The position numbers were made by a program, and so were the translations under genes. Below, piece after piece: positions 20,077-30,334 of a DNA stretch of 64,000 nucleotides. The DNA is from Bacilli bacterium (GTDB taxonomy: Bacteria > Bacillota_I > Bacilli_A > RFN20 > CAG-826), in contig JAZLKX010000025.1 of NCBI GenBank assembly GCA_045597865.1, positions 160,001 to 224,000 of the forward strand, in the 5' to 3' direction. Below the pieces are notes generated by a model. The model worked only from the letters and a program-made list of their open reading frames with translations, was not told the origin of the DNA and made no database searches. Each line of letters opens with the position of its first letter. Positions within the stretch are counted from its first letter, which is position 1.

Positions 20077-20121
20077 AACAAAAGTGTTGCAATTATAGAA
20101 TAATTAAAGTATATTATTCAT

Positions 20122-20175
20122 GCTCACTTCGGTGAGTAACTCTTATTTCTAAGAGTGGCAGGTTGCCACTCTTTA
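20122..20175 (+). promoter_or_regulatory. rimP operon 5' leader hairpins
   Basis: GCTCAC-TTCG-GTGAGT and AAGAGTGGCA-GGT-TGCCACTCTT; a GAGTGG/CCACTC hairpin is typical upstream of Firmicute rimP. Confidence 0.6.
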
Positions 20176-20193
20176 GTTTATTAAGGAGACTTT

Positions 20194-20655
20194 ATGTCAC
20201 TTGAAATCACAGTCAAAAATCTTATCGAAAAGCCTATTAAGGCTTTAGGCTATCAAGAAATTGAAGTTAAGTTCGTTAGAGAAAGCGGAGTTAACTATCT
20301 AAGAGTAATGGTGGACAAAGACGACGCAATCTCTTTGGATGATATTGTTAAAGTTAACGATGTTATCTCACCAATACTTGATGAAGCTGACTTAATTGCT
20401 AATGAATACGTTCTTGATGTCACAACGTTTGGAGCAGAAAAGAAAATTGATGTTTCTAACCTCGAAAAATATGTAGGAAAATACGTCAATATTCACCTTT
20501 CAAATCCATACAAAGGAATGAATATTATTGAAGGTGATTTAACAAGTGTCAATAACGACAAAGTCGTAATTGAATATAAAGAAAAAACACGCACTATCAA
20601 ATGTGAAATTGAAAGAAAATTCATTGATAAAGCGCGTCTTGCAATCAAATTTTAA
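20194..20655 (+). CDS. rimP: Ribosome maturation factor RimP
   Basis: YLRVMVDK, ISPILDE.D.I..EY.LDV, IDKARLAIKF; first gene of nusA operon. Confidence 0.92.
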   Translation: MSLEITVKNLIEKPIKALGYQEIEVKFVRESGVNYLRVMVDKDDAISLDDIVKVNDVISPILDEADLIANEYVLDVTTFGAEKKIDVSNLEKYVGKYVNIHLSNPYKGMNIIEGDLTSVNNDKVVIEYKEKTRTIKCEIERKFIDKARLAIKF

Positions 20656-20672
20656 AAGGAGAATTAAAAATT

Positions 20673-22331
20673 ATGGATGCAACCAAGTTTATTGAAGCAT
20701 TAGATGAACTCGAAGCTAGCAAGGGAATTAGCAAAGAGTCCATTATTGCCGCCCTCGAAGAAGCTTTACACAAAGCTCTCGAAAAACAAATTTCAGAAGG
20801 TTATCGTAATGATGGCGACATTCGTGTCAAAATCACTGCAGATCCAGCTGAAATTGACATGTGTTATGTCAGAAAAGTTGTCGAAGAAGTTGAAGATGAC
20901 TATCTTGAAATTTCAGTTGAAGACGCAAACAAAGGTCTCAAGAAAGCAAAGTATGCTGTTGGAGACGAATTTGTTGTTAAATCTTCACCAGATGACATGT
21001 TAAGACTTACAGCTTTAACAGTTAAATCTGTCTTAAGACAGAAACTTGCAGAAGCAGAAAAAATGTCACTTTATGAACTCTACAAAGACAAGATCGGTGA
21101 AATGATTACTGGTATTGTTGAAAAATGTGATGATAGAGGTGCAGTCGTCAATATTGGACGTAGCTCACTTTATTTAACACGTAGAGATTTAATTGGTGAT
21201 GAAATGCTCGAAATGGGTGCTCCAGTTAGATTATATGTTAGCGATGTTACAGGTGCAGAAGCAGGAAAAGCTCCAATGGTTAGAGTTTCCCGTGCAGATG
21301 CCGGTTTCTTAAAACGTCTTTTTGAAGAAGAAGTTAGAGAAATTTATGATGGTACAGTCATCATCAAATCCATCGCTCGTGAAGCAGGTATTCGTTCAAA
21401 ACTTGCTGTATACAGCAATGACCCAAATGTTGATTCAGTTGGTTGCTGTATTGGCATGAATGGATCCGCTATCCAAAAAATCGTCGCACAACTCGGAAAT
21501 AGCAGAGATAAAGAAAAGATTGATATCATTCAATATTCTCCAAATGATGCTCTTTTCATCATCGATGCTTTACGTCCAGCCCAAGTTTTAAGAATTGGTG
21601 TTGAAGTTGGCGAAGATGGTAAGAAAAATGCAGTTGCAATTGTTCCAGATGGACAACTTTCCCTTGCAATTGGCCGTAAAGGCGCAAACGTTCGTGTTGC
21701 ATCTAAACTTACAGATACACACATTGATATTAAAGAAGAATCTATGTCTGATGAAGTTGAAATGGAACTCAAATCAGTCGAGACAATTCAAGAAGAAGAA
21801 AAGATTCGTATTCAAAAAGAAAAATACGACAAGTACCTTTCTCAAATCAAATCACAACGTCAAGAAGCTGTCAAAACCGAAGCTGGTGTTGAAAAAGCTA
21901 AACCACAAAAAATCGTTGATGAAGTTGAAGAAGTTAAGGAAGTTAAACCAGCTGTTAAACCAGTTGAACAACCTAAGGTTGTTGAAGAACCAGTTGAAGT
22001 TGAAGAAAAACCAGTTGTTAAACCAACTGTTGTTAAGACAACAACAACTCTTGATGCCCTTGAAGCTTCATTAGAGAAAGAAAGCAAGAAGGAATCCTTC
22101 AAAGCAACACAAAAGACTTCAAAACGTCCACGTAAGATTGAAGAAGACGAAGTTGCACACGAAGAGATCAAACCAGAAGATACAACTCCAAAAATGGCTA
22201 TTTACACCGATGAAGAACTCGCTGAAATTGCCAAAGAGGAAGAAGAATTTTACGAGGATGATTACGAAGATTCAGATGAAGACATCGATTACGATGAATT
22301 CGATGAATACTACGATGACGACGACAAATAA
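20673..22331 (+). CDS. nusA: Transcription factor NusA with long acidic C-terminal extension
   Basis: S1 and KH domains: IAREAG.RSK.AV, GCCIG..G, EKIDII, LSLAIGRKG.NV. Confidence 0.96.
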   Translation: MDATKFIEALDELEASKGISKESIIAALEEALHKALEKQISEGYRNDGDIRVKITADPAEIDMCYVRKVVEEVEDDYLEISVEDANKGLKKAKYAVGDEFVVKSSPDDMLRLTALTVKSVLRQKLAEAEKMSLYELYKDKIGEMITGIVEKCDDRGAVVNIGRSSLYLTRRDLIGDEMLEMGAPVRLYVSDVTGAEAGKAPMVRVSRADAGFLKRLFEEEVREIYDGTVIIKSIAREAGIRSKLAVYSNDPNVDSVGCCIGMNGSAIQKIVAQLGNSRDKEKIDIIQYSPNDALFIIDALRPAQVLRIGVEVGEDGKKNAVAIVPDGQLSLAIGRKGANVRVASKLTDTHIDIKEESMSDEVEMELKSVETIQEEEKIRIQKEKYDKYLSQIKSQRQEAVKTEAGVEKAKPQKIVDEVEEVKEVKPAVKPVEQPKVVEEPVEVEEKPVVKPTVVKTTTTLDALEASLEKESKKESFKATQKTSKRPRKIEEDEVAHEEIKPEDTTPKMAIYTDEELAEIAKEEEEFYEDDYEDSDEDIDYDEFDEYYDDDDK

Positions 22332-22383
22332 CTTTTAGTTATTTTCTCTAATCCAACTAATTAAAGAAAGTGAGGTAAAAGCT

Positions 22384-24219
22384 ATGTCTAAATATCAAGA
22401 TTCAAGAAGAGCAAATATTCCAGCAAATGGTGTAAAAAACAAAGAAGCATCAAATAAAGTTGATGGTGGTGTCTTTGTTTTTACCCGTAACATGTCTGTT
22501 GGAGAACTTGCTAAAGCATTAAATCTTAATGTTAACGATATCATCAAATTCCTTTTCTTAGAAAAGAAGATGATTGTTAACATTAACCAAACATTAGACG
22601 AAGAAACAATTGGTTTAATTTGTCTTCAATTTGGTTATGACTTTAAAAAAGAAAAGATCGTAAGCGAAGAAAACTTCGAAGAAGTTGAAATTGTTGATAA
22701 ACCAGAAGACCTTAAACCAAGAGCACCTGTTGTAACAATCATGGGCCACGTTGACCATGGTAAAACAACTCTTATTGATGCTATCCGTTCAAGCCACTTA
22801 GTTGATGGTGAAGTCGGTGGCATTTCTCAAGCTATCGGTGCTTACCAAAAAGAAATCAACGGACAAAAGATTACGTTCTTAGATACTCCAGGCCACGAAG
22901 CATTTACTGCTATGAGACAAAGAGGTGCTGCTGTAACTGATATTGTTATCTTAGTTGTCGCTGCAGATGACGGTGTCATGCCTCAAACAATTGAAGCTAT
23001 TGACCACGCCAAAGCTGCTAACGTTCCAATCATTGTCGCTATCAATAAAATTGATAAAGAAGGCGCCAATGTTGAACGTATTAAGACTGAATTAATGTCA
23101 TATGACATTATTGCAGAAGAATATGGTGGAACAAACATTGTTTGTGAAATCTCTGCAAAGAAGAATATTGGCATTAAGGAACTCCTTGAAAACGTTCTTT
23201 TAGTGGCAGAAATGCAAGAACTTAAAGCTAACCCAGATAGATATGCTATTGGTACTGTTATCGAAGCAAATCTTGATAAGGGCGAAGGACCAAAAGCAAC
23301 ATTATTAGTCCAAAACGGAACTCTTACATTCCAAGACTATGTTGTTGTTGGAACTGCCTATGGCAAAATCCGTAGAATGACAAACGAATACAAGAAGATT
23401 GTTAAAGAAGCTAAACCTTCTACACCAGTCTCAGTTATTGGTTTAAGTGAAGTTCCAAATGCTGGTGATAAGTTCATGGCATTCCCAACTGAAAAACAAG
23501 CTAAAGATATTGCAGAAAAACGTGCACTTGCAAAGAAAGCATCTGATCAAAGTGCTCAAGCTGCAGCATCCTTAGAGAAGATTTACTCCAAGATTACTGA
23601 AAGTAATGGTGAAGTACAAGACATTAACATTGTCTTAAAAGCAGATACCACAGGTTCTGCTGAAGCAGTCAAAGCTTCATTAGATAAGTTAAGTAATGAA
23701 CAAGTTCACATTAACGTTATTCACGCTAGTGCTGGTGCAATTACAAATAACGACGTTATGCTTGCAAGTGCATCAAACGCTATCATCTATGGCTTTAATG
23801 TTAGACCAACTGCTATGGTTTCAGCTAAAGCTGAAGAATCTGGTGTTGAAATCAGATTACACCGTATCATTTATGCTTTAATTGAAGAAATGGAAGCAGC
23901 TATGAAAGGTTTATATAAGAAAGAAAAGGTTGAATCCATTCTTGGACAAGCCGAAGTTCGTACTCTTATTAAGATTTCAAAAGTTGGTACAGTTGCAGGT
24001 AGCTATGTAACTTCAGGCGTTATTAAAGCAGGTGCACTTGTTCGTGTACTCCGTAATGGCGTTATTACATATGAAGGAAAACTTGGATCTCTTAAGAGAT
24101 TCAAAGATGACGCAAAAGAAGTCAAAGAAGGCTTTGAATGTGGTCTTACAGTAGAGAATTTCAATGACCTTAAGGAACTCGATGTTATTGAAGCATACGA
24201 GATGGTTGAAAAAGAATAA
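22384..24219 (+). CDS. infB: Translation initiation factor IF-2
   Basis: [45 protein letters not shown]. Confidence 0.98.
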   Translation: MSKYQDSRRANIPANGVKNKEASNKVDGGVFVFTRNMSVGELAKALNLNVNDIIKFLFLEKKMIVNINQTLDEETIGLICLQFGYDFKKEKIVSEENFEEVEIVDKPEDLKPRAPVVTIMGHVDHGKTTLIDAIRSSHLVDGEVGGISQAIGAYQKEINGQKITFLDTPGHEAFTAMRQRGAAVTDIVILVVAADDGVMPQTIEAIDHAKAANVPIIVAINKIDKEGANVERIKTELMSYDIIAEEYGGTNIVCEISAKKNIGIKELLENVLLVAEMQELKANPDRYAIGTVIEANLDKGEGPKATLLVQNGTLTFQDYVVVGTAYGKIRRMTNEYKKIVKEAKPSTPVSVIGLSEVPNAGDKFMAFPTEKQAKDIAEKRALAKKASDQSAQAAASLEKIYSKITESNGEVQDINIVLKADTTGSAEAVKASLDKLSNEQVHINVIHASAGAITNNDVMLASASNAIIYGFNVRPTAMVSAKAEESGVEIRLHRIIYALIEEMEAAMKGLYKKEKVESILGQAEVRTLIKISKVGTVAGSYVTSGVIKAGALVRVLRNGVITYEGKLGSLKRFKDDAKEVKEGFECGLTVENFNDLKELDVIEAYEMVEKE

Positions 24220-24575
24220 TGGCAGATCGCACCCAAAGAATTCAATCCATCATTGGAAAGAATATTTCTGAAATCATTCAATTTGAACTTAAGAATCCTA
24301 AAATCGGATTCTGCACAGTAAGTGAAGTTTGGGTTAGTAGTGATTTCTCATATGCTAGAGTTTATGTTACTTTCTTAGGGGCAAAGTATCCAAAACAAAA
24401 CCTCGAAGAACTTAACAAAACAAAAGGATATGTACGTTCTTCGTTAGCGAAGAAGATTGATATCCGTAAGACTCCAGAAATAACATTCTACCTTGATGAG
24501 ACTTACGAAAAAGTTAATCATCTTGATGAAGTTTTGAAAAAAGAATCAGAACAAATCGAAAAGATGAAAAAATAA
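24219..24575 (+). CDS. rbfA: Ribosome-binding factor A
   Basis: LKNPKIGFCTV, D.SYARVYV, IRKTPEITF..D; follows infB. Confidence 0.95.
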   Translation: MADRTQRIQSIIGKNISEIIQFELKNPKIGFCTVSEVWVSSDFSYARVYVTFLGAKYPKQNLEELNKTKGYVRSSLAKKIDIRKTPEITFYLDETYEKVNHLDEVLKKESEQIEKMKK

Positions 24576-24576
24576 C

Positions 24577-24606
24577 AAAGAAAGACCTTTTAGGTCTTTT
24601 TCTTTT
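24577..24606 (+). terminator. Rho-independent terminator after rbfA
   Basis: AAAGACCT-TT-TAGGTCTTT followed by T tract. Confidence 0.7.
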
Positions 24607-24696
24607 GGAAATTTTCAATTTCTATATTAATTAAAAAATATCAATTTTAATATTGTTATTTTTTAATTATAATAGTATAAAGGAAAGGAGAATAAA

Positions 24697-24846
24697 ATGA
24701 TATTTGTTACAGCAACTGAATTTAGAAGACATTTTGGAAAATATATAGATTTAGTTGGAATAAAGAAAAAAGAAATTGGAATAACTAAAAACGGCAAATG
24801 GGTAGTAACATTAGTACCGTATATTGAGAAGAAAAAAGGCAATTAG
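24697..24846 (+). CDS. Phd/YefM-family antitoxin, 49 aa (absent from the ORF track)
   Basis: AGGAG RBS, TATAAT upstream; MIFVTATEFRRHFGKYIDLV....EIGITKNGKWVVTLVP matches the Phd N-terminal DNA-binding pattern. Confidence 0.8.
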   Translation: MIFVTATEFRRHFGKYIDLVGIKKKEIGITKNGKWVVTLVPYIEKKKGN

Positions 24847-24889
24847 TAATGAACTAAACGGGGTTCAGATTAATAACTGCCTTTTTCTT

Positions 24890-25921
24890 TTACATTGGAT
24901 AGAATGGTGACGAGAAGTATTTTAGATTGTTCTCAATGAATGCTCTGATATCTTTCTCTGATTTTTTATATTTTGATTTAAGCGATAAATCATGTATTGA
25001 TGGAATCTCATCTTTAGTGAATGAGATAACACCAATAGGAGTGGAGAGTTTATAGACAACGTATCTAGAAACATCTTCATCAAGATTTAAACATTTAAGT
25101 TCTTCTCTAAGTTTAAATTCCACTCTAGTATCACTCGCAAGGATAACTGGTTTAAAAGAAATATCTTTTCTTTCTACTTTGTAGAAGATGTCATTATAGA
25201 AAAGTATTTCTTTTTCGTAGTTATCCATCATAGAGAAGAAGTTGTCTTTTGCAGATGGATATTTCTTATATATATCTTTTAGTAATGATTTCATTTCCGC
25301 GCGCATAGTATTTCCATCATTTGGACAATGAGATGGGAAGCTAGGAATATTTTCTTCTTTTTGAGCTTTGATGATTGTATCTTCATGACAAAGAATCAAA
25401 GGACGAATGAATTCAATATCAGCGCGATCTAGATGCATCTTTGGTTGGAAAGAGGCAACTCTTCCTCCAAAGATCATATTCATATACAAAGTTTCAATTG
25501 CATCATCTCCATGATGAGCGAATGCAACTTTGTTGCATCCAAGGTCGTGAGCTGCTTTATTAATAGCAGCTTTTTTCATTCTGGAACAGATAGAACATGG
25601 AAGATGTGGTGCATCTTTTTGCTGAGCTTTAAGAATTGGATAGACTTCTTTTGAATCAATGACTTTGAGATCTAAACCAAGTGATTTAACGTACTTCTTA
25701 ATTGGTTTAGGATCAAAGCCATCAAAACCTAAATCTAAGATTACTGGAACAATTTCAAAATTCACGCAGTCAAAGTGTTGATATTGAGAAAGTGCTTTTA
25801 AAAGCACCATTGAATCTTTTCCGCCAGAAACTCCAATTAAAACCTTGTCGTTTTCGTGGAAGAAATCATACTTTTGGTCTGCTTTTCTAATAAGTCCAAG
25901 AATCGTCCTTAAAGATTTCAT
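24890..25921 (-). CDS. ttcA: tRNA 2-thiocytidine biosynthesis TtcA-family protein
   Basis: PP-loop GVSGGKDS, PCSICSRMK, AHHGDD.IET, IRPL, CPNDG.T.R; extra ~90 aa C-terminal domain. Confidence 0.85.
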   Translation of the reverse strand: MKSLRTILGLIRKADQKYDFFHENDKVLIGVSGGKDSMVLLKALSQYQHFDCVNFEIVPVILDLGFDGFDPKPIKKYVKSLGLDLKVIDSKEVYPILKAQQKDAPHLPCSICSRMKKAAINKAAHDLGCNKVAFAHHGDDAIETLYMNMIFGGRVASFQPKMHLDRADIEFIRPLILCHEDTIIKAQKEENIPSFPSHCPNDGNTMRAEMKSLLKDIYKKYPSAKDNFFSMMDNYEKEILFYNDIFYKVERKDISFKPVILASDTRVEFKLREELKCLNLDEDVSRYVVYKLSTPIGVISFTKDEIPSIHDLSLKSKYKKSEKDIRAFIENNLKYFSSPFYPM

Positions 25922-26018
25922 GCCAAATATTATATATTTTTGTATATTAAAATGTATAACAAATGTGATACATCATGTAAATTTTAATAAACAATCCCAT
26001 AGGGATTAAATTTCCATA

Positions 26019-26070
26019 GTGCAATTTTTTGCACTTTAGAATTGCACTTTGGAATATCTTATATTAAAAT
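26019..26070 (+). promoter_or_regulatory. fic promoter with palindromic operator
   Basis: AGTGCAA-TTTT-TTGCACT palindrome plus repeated ATTGCACT overlapping TTGCAC-17-TAAAAT. Confidence 0.55.
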
Positions 26071-26076
26071 ATAAAC

Positions 26077-27063
26077 ATGATTTATTCTGATTATAAACAA
26101 TATGCTATTGAAACCTCAATTGGACTTCAAGATGTTGATCATCTAAAAAACTCCGATTATTTTCTTAGTCTTACAAATCAGTATATTAAAGGCGAAATTT
26201 CACTCAACCAATTAGATGATCTTATAACTTCTTATTACAAATCAAAACCAGATGATAATAGTAGAGTAAAAGAAACTGATATTGCTTCAAATAATATGTT
26301 AAACATATTTATGTCTGATAAAAAATTTGAATTATCAGTAAAACACTTTTGCGATATACATAGAAAAATATTTGAAGGTGTCTTTGATCATCCAGGCGCA
26401 ATGAGAACATATAATATTCAAAAAGCTGAATGGGTTTTAGATGGTGACACAGTAGTTTATGGTGATTATAGAAGTTTGTATGACACAATTAGTTATGATC
26501 TGCAGGCGGAAAAAGATTTTGATTATGAAGGCCTGACAATTGATGAAAAAATAAAACATTTAGCGCAATTTGTTGCTAATATTTGGCAAAATCATATTTT
26601 TAGTGAAGGAAATACAAGAACTGTTTCTATTTTCTTTATTGAATATTTAAATAGTTTAGGTTTCAACTTAACAAATGATGCCTTTGCAGCTAATGCTTGG
26701 TATTTTAGAAACTGTTTGGTTAGAGCAAATTATTCTAATTTTGAAAAGCATATAGAAGAAGACAAAAGCTATTTAATTAGATTTTTAAGAAATCTCCTAT
26801 TGGGAGAAAATAATAGATTGCTAAATAGAGAATTACACATTAAATATGGAATTCATTTAGACAAAACTAAAGAATTATCAAATAATGAAAAACATGTAAT
26901 TGACTTAGTAAAGCATAATCCATCTATTAAAACTGATGATATTGCAAAGTATTTGAATGTTTCAGTTAGAACTGTAAAAAGTATCTTACAAGCATTAAAA
27001 GAAATGAAATTGATCAAACGTATTGATGGAAAACGATATGGTTATTGGAAGGTGTTAGATTAA
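26077..27063 (+). CDS. Fic-domain protein with N-terminal VbhA-like domain and C-terminal HTH
   Basis: HIFSEGNTR Fic motif; N-terminal IGLQDVD.L..S......YIKGEIS; C-terminal IA..LNVS.RTV...L..L winged HTH. Confidence 0.88.
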   Translation: MIYSDYKQYAIETSIGLQDVDHLKNSDYFLSLTNQYIKGEISLNQLDDLITSYYKSKPDDNSRVKETDIASNNMLNIFMSDKKFELSVKHFCDIHRKIFEGVFDHPGAMRTYNIQKAEWVLDGDTVVYGDYRSLYDTISYDLQAEKDFDYEGLTIDEKIKHLAQFVANIWQNHIFSEGNTRTVSIFFIEYLNSLGFNLTNDAFAANAWYFRNCLVRANYSNFEKHIEEDKSYLIRFLRNLLLGENNRLLNRELHIKYGIHLDKTKELSNNEKHVIDLVKHNPSIKTDDIAKYLNVSVRTVKSILQALKEMKLIKRIDGKRYGYWKVLD

Positions 27064-27064
27064 T

Positions 27065-27910
27065 ATGGTTTCAGGTTCATTACTTATTAATAAAGAAATA
27101 GGATTAACATCTAGACAAGAGGTTAATAATATTTCGCATATTTTAAAAGAAAAGAAAGCAGGACACATTGGTACTCTTGATCCTTTTGCAGATGGACTTT
27201 TAATCGTGCTTTTAGGATCCTCAACCAAGATTTCTCCATTCTTAGAAATCATGGATAAAACTTATGTTGCAACTCTTAAACTAGGAACTCAAACTGACAC
27301 TGGTGATTTGACTGGAAATGTAGTGGAGCAAAAAGAAATAAAACCGCTAAATAATGAAAAAATCACTCAAATTCTAGGACATTTTAAAGGAAAACAACTT
27401 CAAACACCTCCAATGTATTCAGCCTTAAAAGTCAATGGAAAAGAGCTCTACAAGTACGCTAGAGAAGGCAAAGAAATTGAACGTAAACAAAGAGAAATAG
27501 AAGTGTTTGACATTAAACTTCTTGACTACAAAAATAATGAGCTAACTTTTGAAGCAAAAGTATCAAAAGGAACATATATCCGTACTCTTGGAGAAGACAT
27601 TGCAAAAGCTCTTGGAACTGTCGGTCATTTGATTAGACTAACAAGAACTGAAGTCGGTCCATATAAGCTTGAAGATGCTATAAGAAGTAAAGATGTAAAA
27701 GAATCAGATTTAATTCCAATGTCTAAAATGTTGGAGTTCATGCCATCATATGAAGTTGATGGTGAACTTGCAAAGAAAGCATTAAACGGAATGCATTTTA
27801 GACTCCCAATAAATGAGCAAAGAGTTTTGCTAAAAGATAATGATGGAATAATTGCTATTTATGAAAGACTCGAAAGTGGAGTTTATTCCCCAGTGAGAGG
27901 ATTACGCTAA
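27065..27910 (+). CDS. truB: tRNA pseudouridine(55) synthase TruB
   Basis: KAGHIGTLDPFADG, TDTGD.TG, Q.PPMYSALKVNG..LY.YAR, SKGTYIRTL. Confidence 0.97.
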   Translation: MVSGSLLINKEIGLTSRQEVNNISHILKEKKAGHIGTLDPFADGLLIVLLGSSTKISPFLEIMDKTYVATLKLGTQTDTGDLTGNVVEQKEIKPLNNEKITQILGHFKGKQLQTPPMYSALKVNGKELYKYAREGKEIERKQREIEVFDIKLLDYKNNELTFEAKVSKGTYIRTLGEDIAKALGTVGHLIRLTRTEVGPYKLEDAIRSKDVKESDLIPMSKMLEFMPSYEVDGELAKKALNGMHFRLPINEQRVLLKDNDGIIAIYERLESGVYSPVRGLR

Positions 27911-27914
27911 TCAT

Positions 27915-30320
27915 ATGAAAAAGACTTTTTGGAAAGATTTATTCAAAACGATATTACGTTCAAAAGTAACATTCTTTTCAATCGTGATTTTTATCATGAT
28001 GGGAATGCTTTTATTCCTTGGAATTGATTGGACTGCATCATGTGTTGTTAACAACACGATTGATTATTATAATTCCTCAAACGTTTTTGATATTCAAATA
28101 AATGTATCTCCAGGATATAAAAATCCAGAAGAACTTTTAAACATTGAAGAAATAGATGAAGTTGAAGGACTTTATAACTACATCACATCATTCAAAGATG
28201 AAAGCAATGGTTTTGAAGCAAGTTTTACTTCAATTCCAGAAAAGATAAATTATTTCAGTAACATTAAAGGTACTCTCCCAGAGAATGAAGGAGAAATAGC
28301 TCTAATCAGTTTCTGGGCTGAAGATAATGGCTATGAAATTGGTGACACAATCAAAATTGAAAACACACCAGTATTTCTTGATCAAGGTAGATTTACTACA
28401 GATACATTTAAAGTTACTGCAATTGTAGATTCTGCTATTTTGACTGCAAAGAAAACAACAGTTTATGGAATGTCTCAAACTAGAAACATTCCAGTAAACG
28501 CACCTTTCTTTATTGCTGAATCTTCATTCAATCCAACAATTAATAATTTAGCAGGTTTTAACACAATTTATGTTAGAAGTAACACCCTTAGAAATTACAA
28601 ATATTTCACTGAAGATTTTTACTCAAAAACTGAGGATATAGTTAAGACAATTAAAGCATCACCAGAGCTTGAAGGAAAATCGTTTTCTGTAAGCACAATT
28701 AGAGATTCAATTTCACATCAAAACATTCAAACAATTTCTGAAGTTTTAGGTCAAATAAAATACTCCATGTCATTGCTCTTTGTTGGGGTTGGTTTACTTG
28801 TTTCGTTCTTCTCAATTTCAAGAATGGTTAATGAGACTCAACAGATCATTGGAGTTAAAAAAGCAAAAGGTTTTAGAAACCGCGAAATATACGCATTTTA
28901 TTTAATTTATACGGGAATTGCGGTGGTTTTTGGCGCTATTTTAGGCGCAATACTAGGAAGATTTGCAGCAGAACCAATCATTGTAAACGCTGTTGCAAAC
29001 GCCATTATTTTCCCACCTCTTAAGTATGAATTTGCAATTGGAATGACTTTAATTGTCTTTGCAATTGAACTTGTTTCGCAGCTACTCATTACTCTTTTTG
29101 CAACTCATAAAGTTTTGAAGAAAAAACCAATTGAATTAATTAGAGATGAGAAGATTGTTTTAGGCAAGAAAAGGTTCTATCAAAAAGGTAAATTATGGAA
29201 CAAACTTTCATTGTTTACTAAGACTGTAATTAATAACTTTGCAACTGATAAAACTCGTGTCTTTTCTATGCTCGTTGGAATCATTGGATGTGCAGGACTT
29301 TTGACCTGTGCTTTGACCATTGATAGAAACATTTCTGGATCATTTGATTATCAATTTGAAAATGTTTATTCGTTCCAAGCTGTTGTTCATTACGATGGAG
29401 ATGTTTCATCTACTAAAACAAAGCTTGATGGAACCGAATATAGATACACAGATATTATGTTTACTTACTTAACTCTTGAGTGTCCAAACGGAAAAAGAAT
29501 AAGCTCCCAAGCATATGTCTTTGATGATCCTAGTAAAGCTAATGACTTCATAACAATGTACGATAAGAGTGGTGAAAAGATTAATTTCGGAAATGATTTC
29601 TATCTTTCATATTCTTACCAAGAAAAATTTGATGTAAAAGAAAATGACAAAGTAACATTGATGGATACTTCTTTAAAGAGTGTTGAAGTAACAAACACTA
29701 ACTTCTTTAAACATTATCTTATTAATAACGTTGTTGTTTGTAGTGCAGACACTTTAAAAGATACATTCGGCACTGAATTTAAATTAAATGCTTTGCTTGT
29801 AGATCTAAAAGGTGATGATATTTCTAACCTTTCTAAACTAGTTATTCAAGATGTGCCTGTCTCTTACATCTATGATGTATACAACGTATCTTTAAATGCT
29901 TTTAATTCAGTTACTAACATATTTAAGATTGTTGATATTGTTTATCTTGTTTTAGCACTTATTATGGCCTTACTTGTAATTTTGGATTTACTTGTAATGT
30001 TTATTAATGAAAAGAAGAATGAACTAACTATATTAATTATTAATGGTTACTCAAAACGAAAGGCTAAGAAATATATTTATTCAGACACAATTGTGTTGTC
30101 TATAGTTGGTATTGGCCTTGGAGTTTTATTTGGAACACTTATGTCTAACTTTGTTATACGAGGTTTCCAAAGTGAATCAATTATATTCTTATCTGGGTTT
30201 AACTTTATATCTATCTTAATCGCGATAGGAATTGCTATTGCAATTATTACGGGTGTAACCCTAATCGCGTTAAGAAAGATAGATAAATTCAAATTAAGAG
30301 ATATCAATAAGTTAGGATAA
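27915..30320 (+). CDS. ABC transporter permease (FtsX/MacB-like, two repeats)
   Basis: Two FtsX-type TM blocks (SRMVNE..Q.IG..KA.G; E...E...L..NGY) with large extracellular loops. Confidence 0.85.
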   Translation: MKKTFWKDLFKTILRSKVTFFSIVIFIMMGMLLFLGIDWTASCVVNNTIDYYNSSNVFDIQINVSPGYKNPEELLNIEEIDEVEGLYNYITSFKDESNGFEASFTSIPEKINYFSNIKGTLPENEGEIALISFWAEDNGYEIGDTIKIENTPVFLDQGRFTTDTFKVTAIVDSAILTAKKTTVYGMSQTRNIPVNAPFFIAESSFNPTINNLAGFNTIYVRSNTLRNYKYFTEDFYSKTEDIVKTIKASPELEGKSFSVSTIRDSISHQNIQTISEVLGQIKYSMSLLFVGVGLLVSFFSISRMVNETQQIIGVKKAKGFRNREIYAFYLIYTGIAVVFGAILGAILGRFAAEPIIVNAVANAIIFPPLKYEFAIGMTLIVFAIELVSQLLITLFATHKVLKKKPIELIRDEKIVLGKKRFYQKGKLWNKLSLFTKTVINNFATDKTRVFSMLVGIIGCAGLLTCALTIDRNISGSFDYQFENVYSFQAVVHYDGDVSSTKTKLDGTEYRYTDIMFTYLTLECPNGKRISSQAYVFDDPSKANDFITMYDKSGEKINFGNDFYLSYSYQEKFDVKENDKVTLMDTSLKSVEVTNTNFFKHYLINNVVVCSADTLKDTFGTEFKLNALLVDLKGDDISNLSKLVIQDVPVSYIYDVYNVSLNAFNSVTNIFKIVDIVYLVLALIMALLVILDLLVMFINEKKNELTILIINGYSKRKAKKYIYSDTIVLSIVGIGLGVLFGTLMSNFVIRGFQSESIIFLSGFNFISILIAIGIAIAIITGVTLIALRKIDKFKLRDINKLG

Positions 30321-30334
30321 AGGAGGATGAAACA

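Noticed and set aside
20035-20103. Short ORF MKRKTDWLQPIRF... resembling ribosomal protein L34
   Set aside because: No RBS, runs through a terminator, lacks the Arg-rich L34 body
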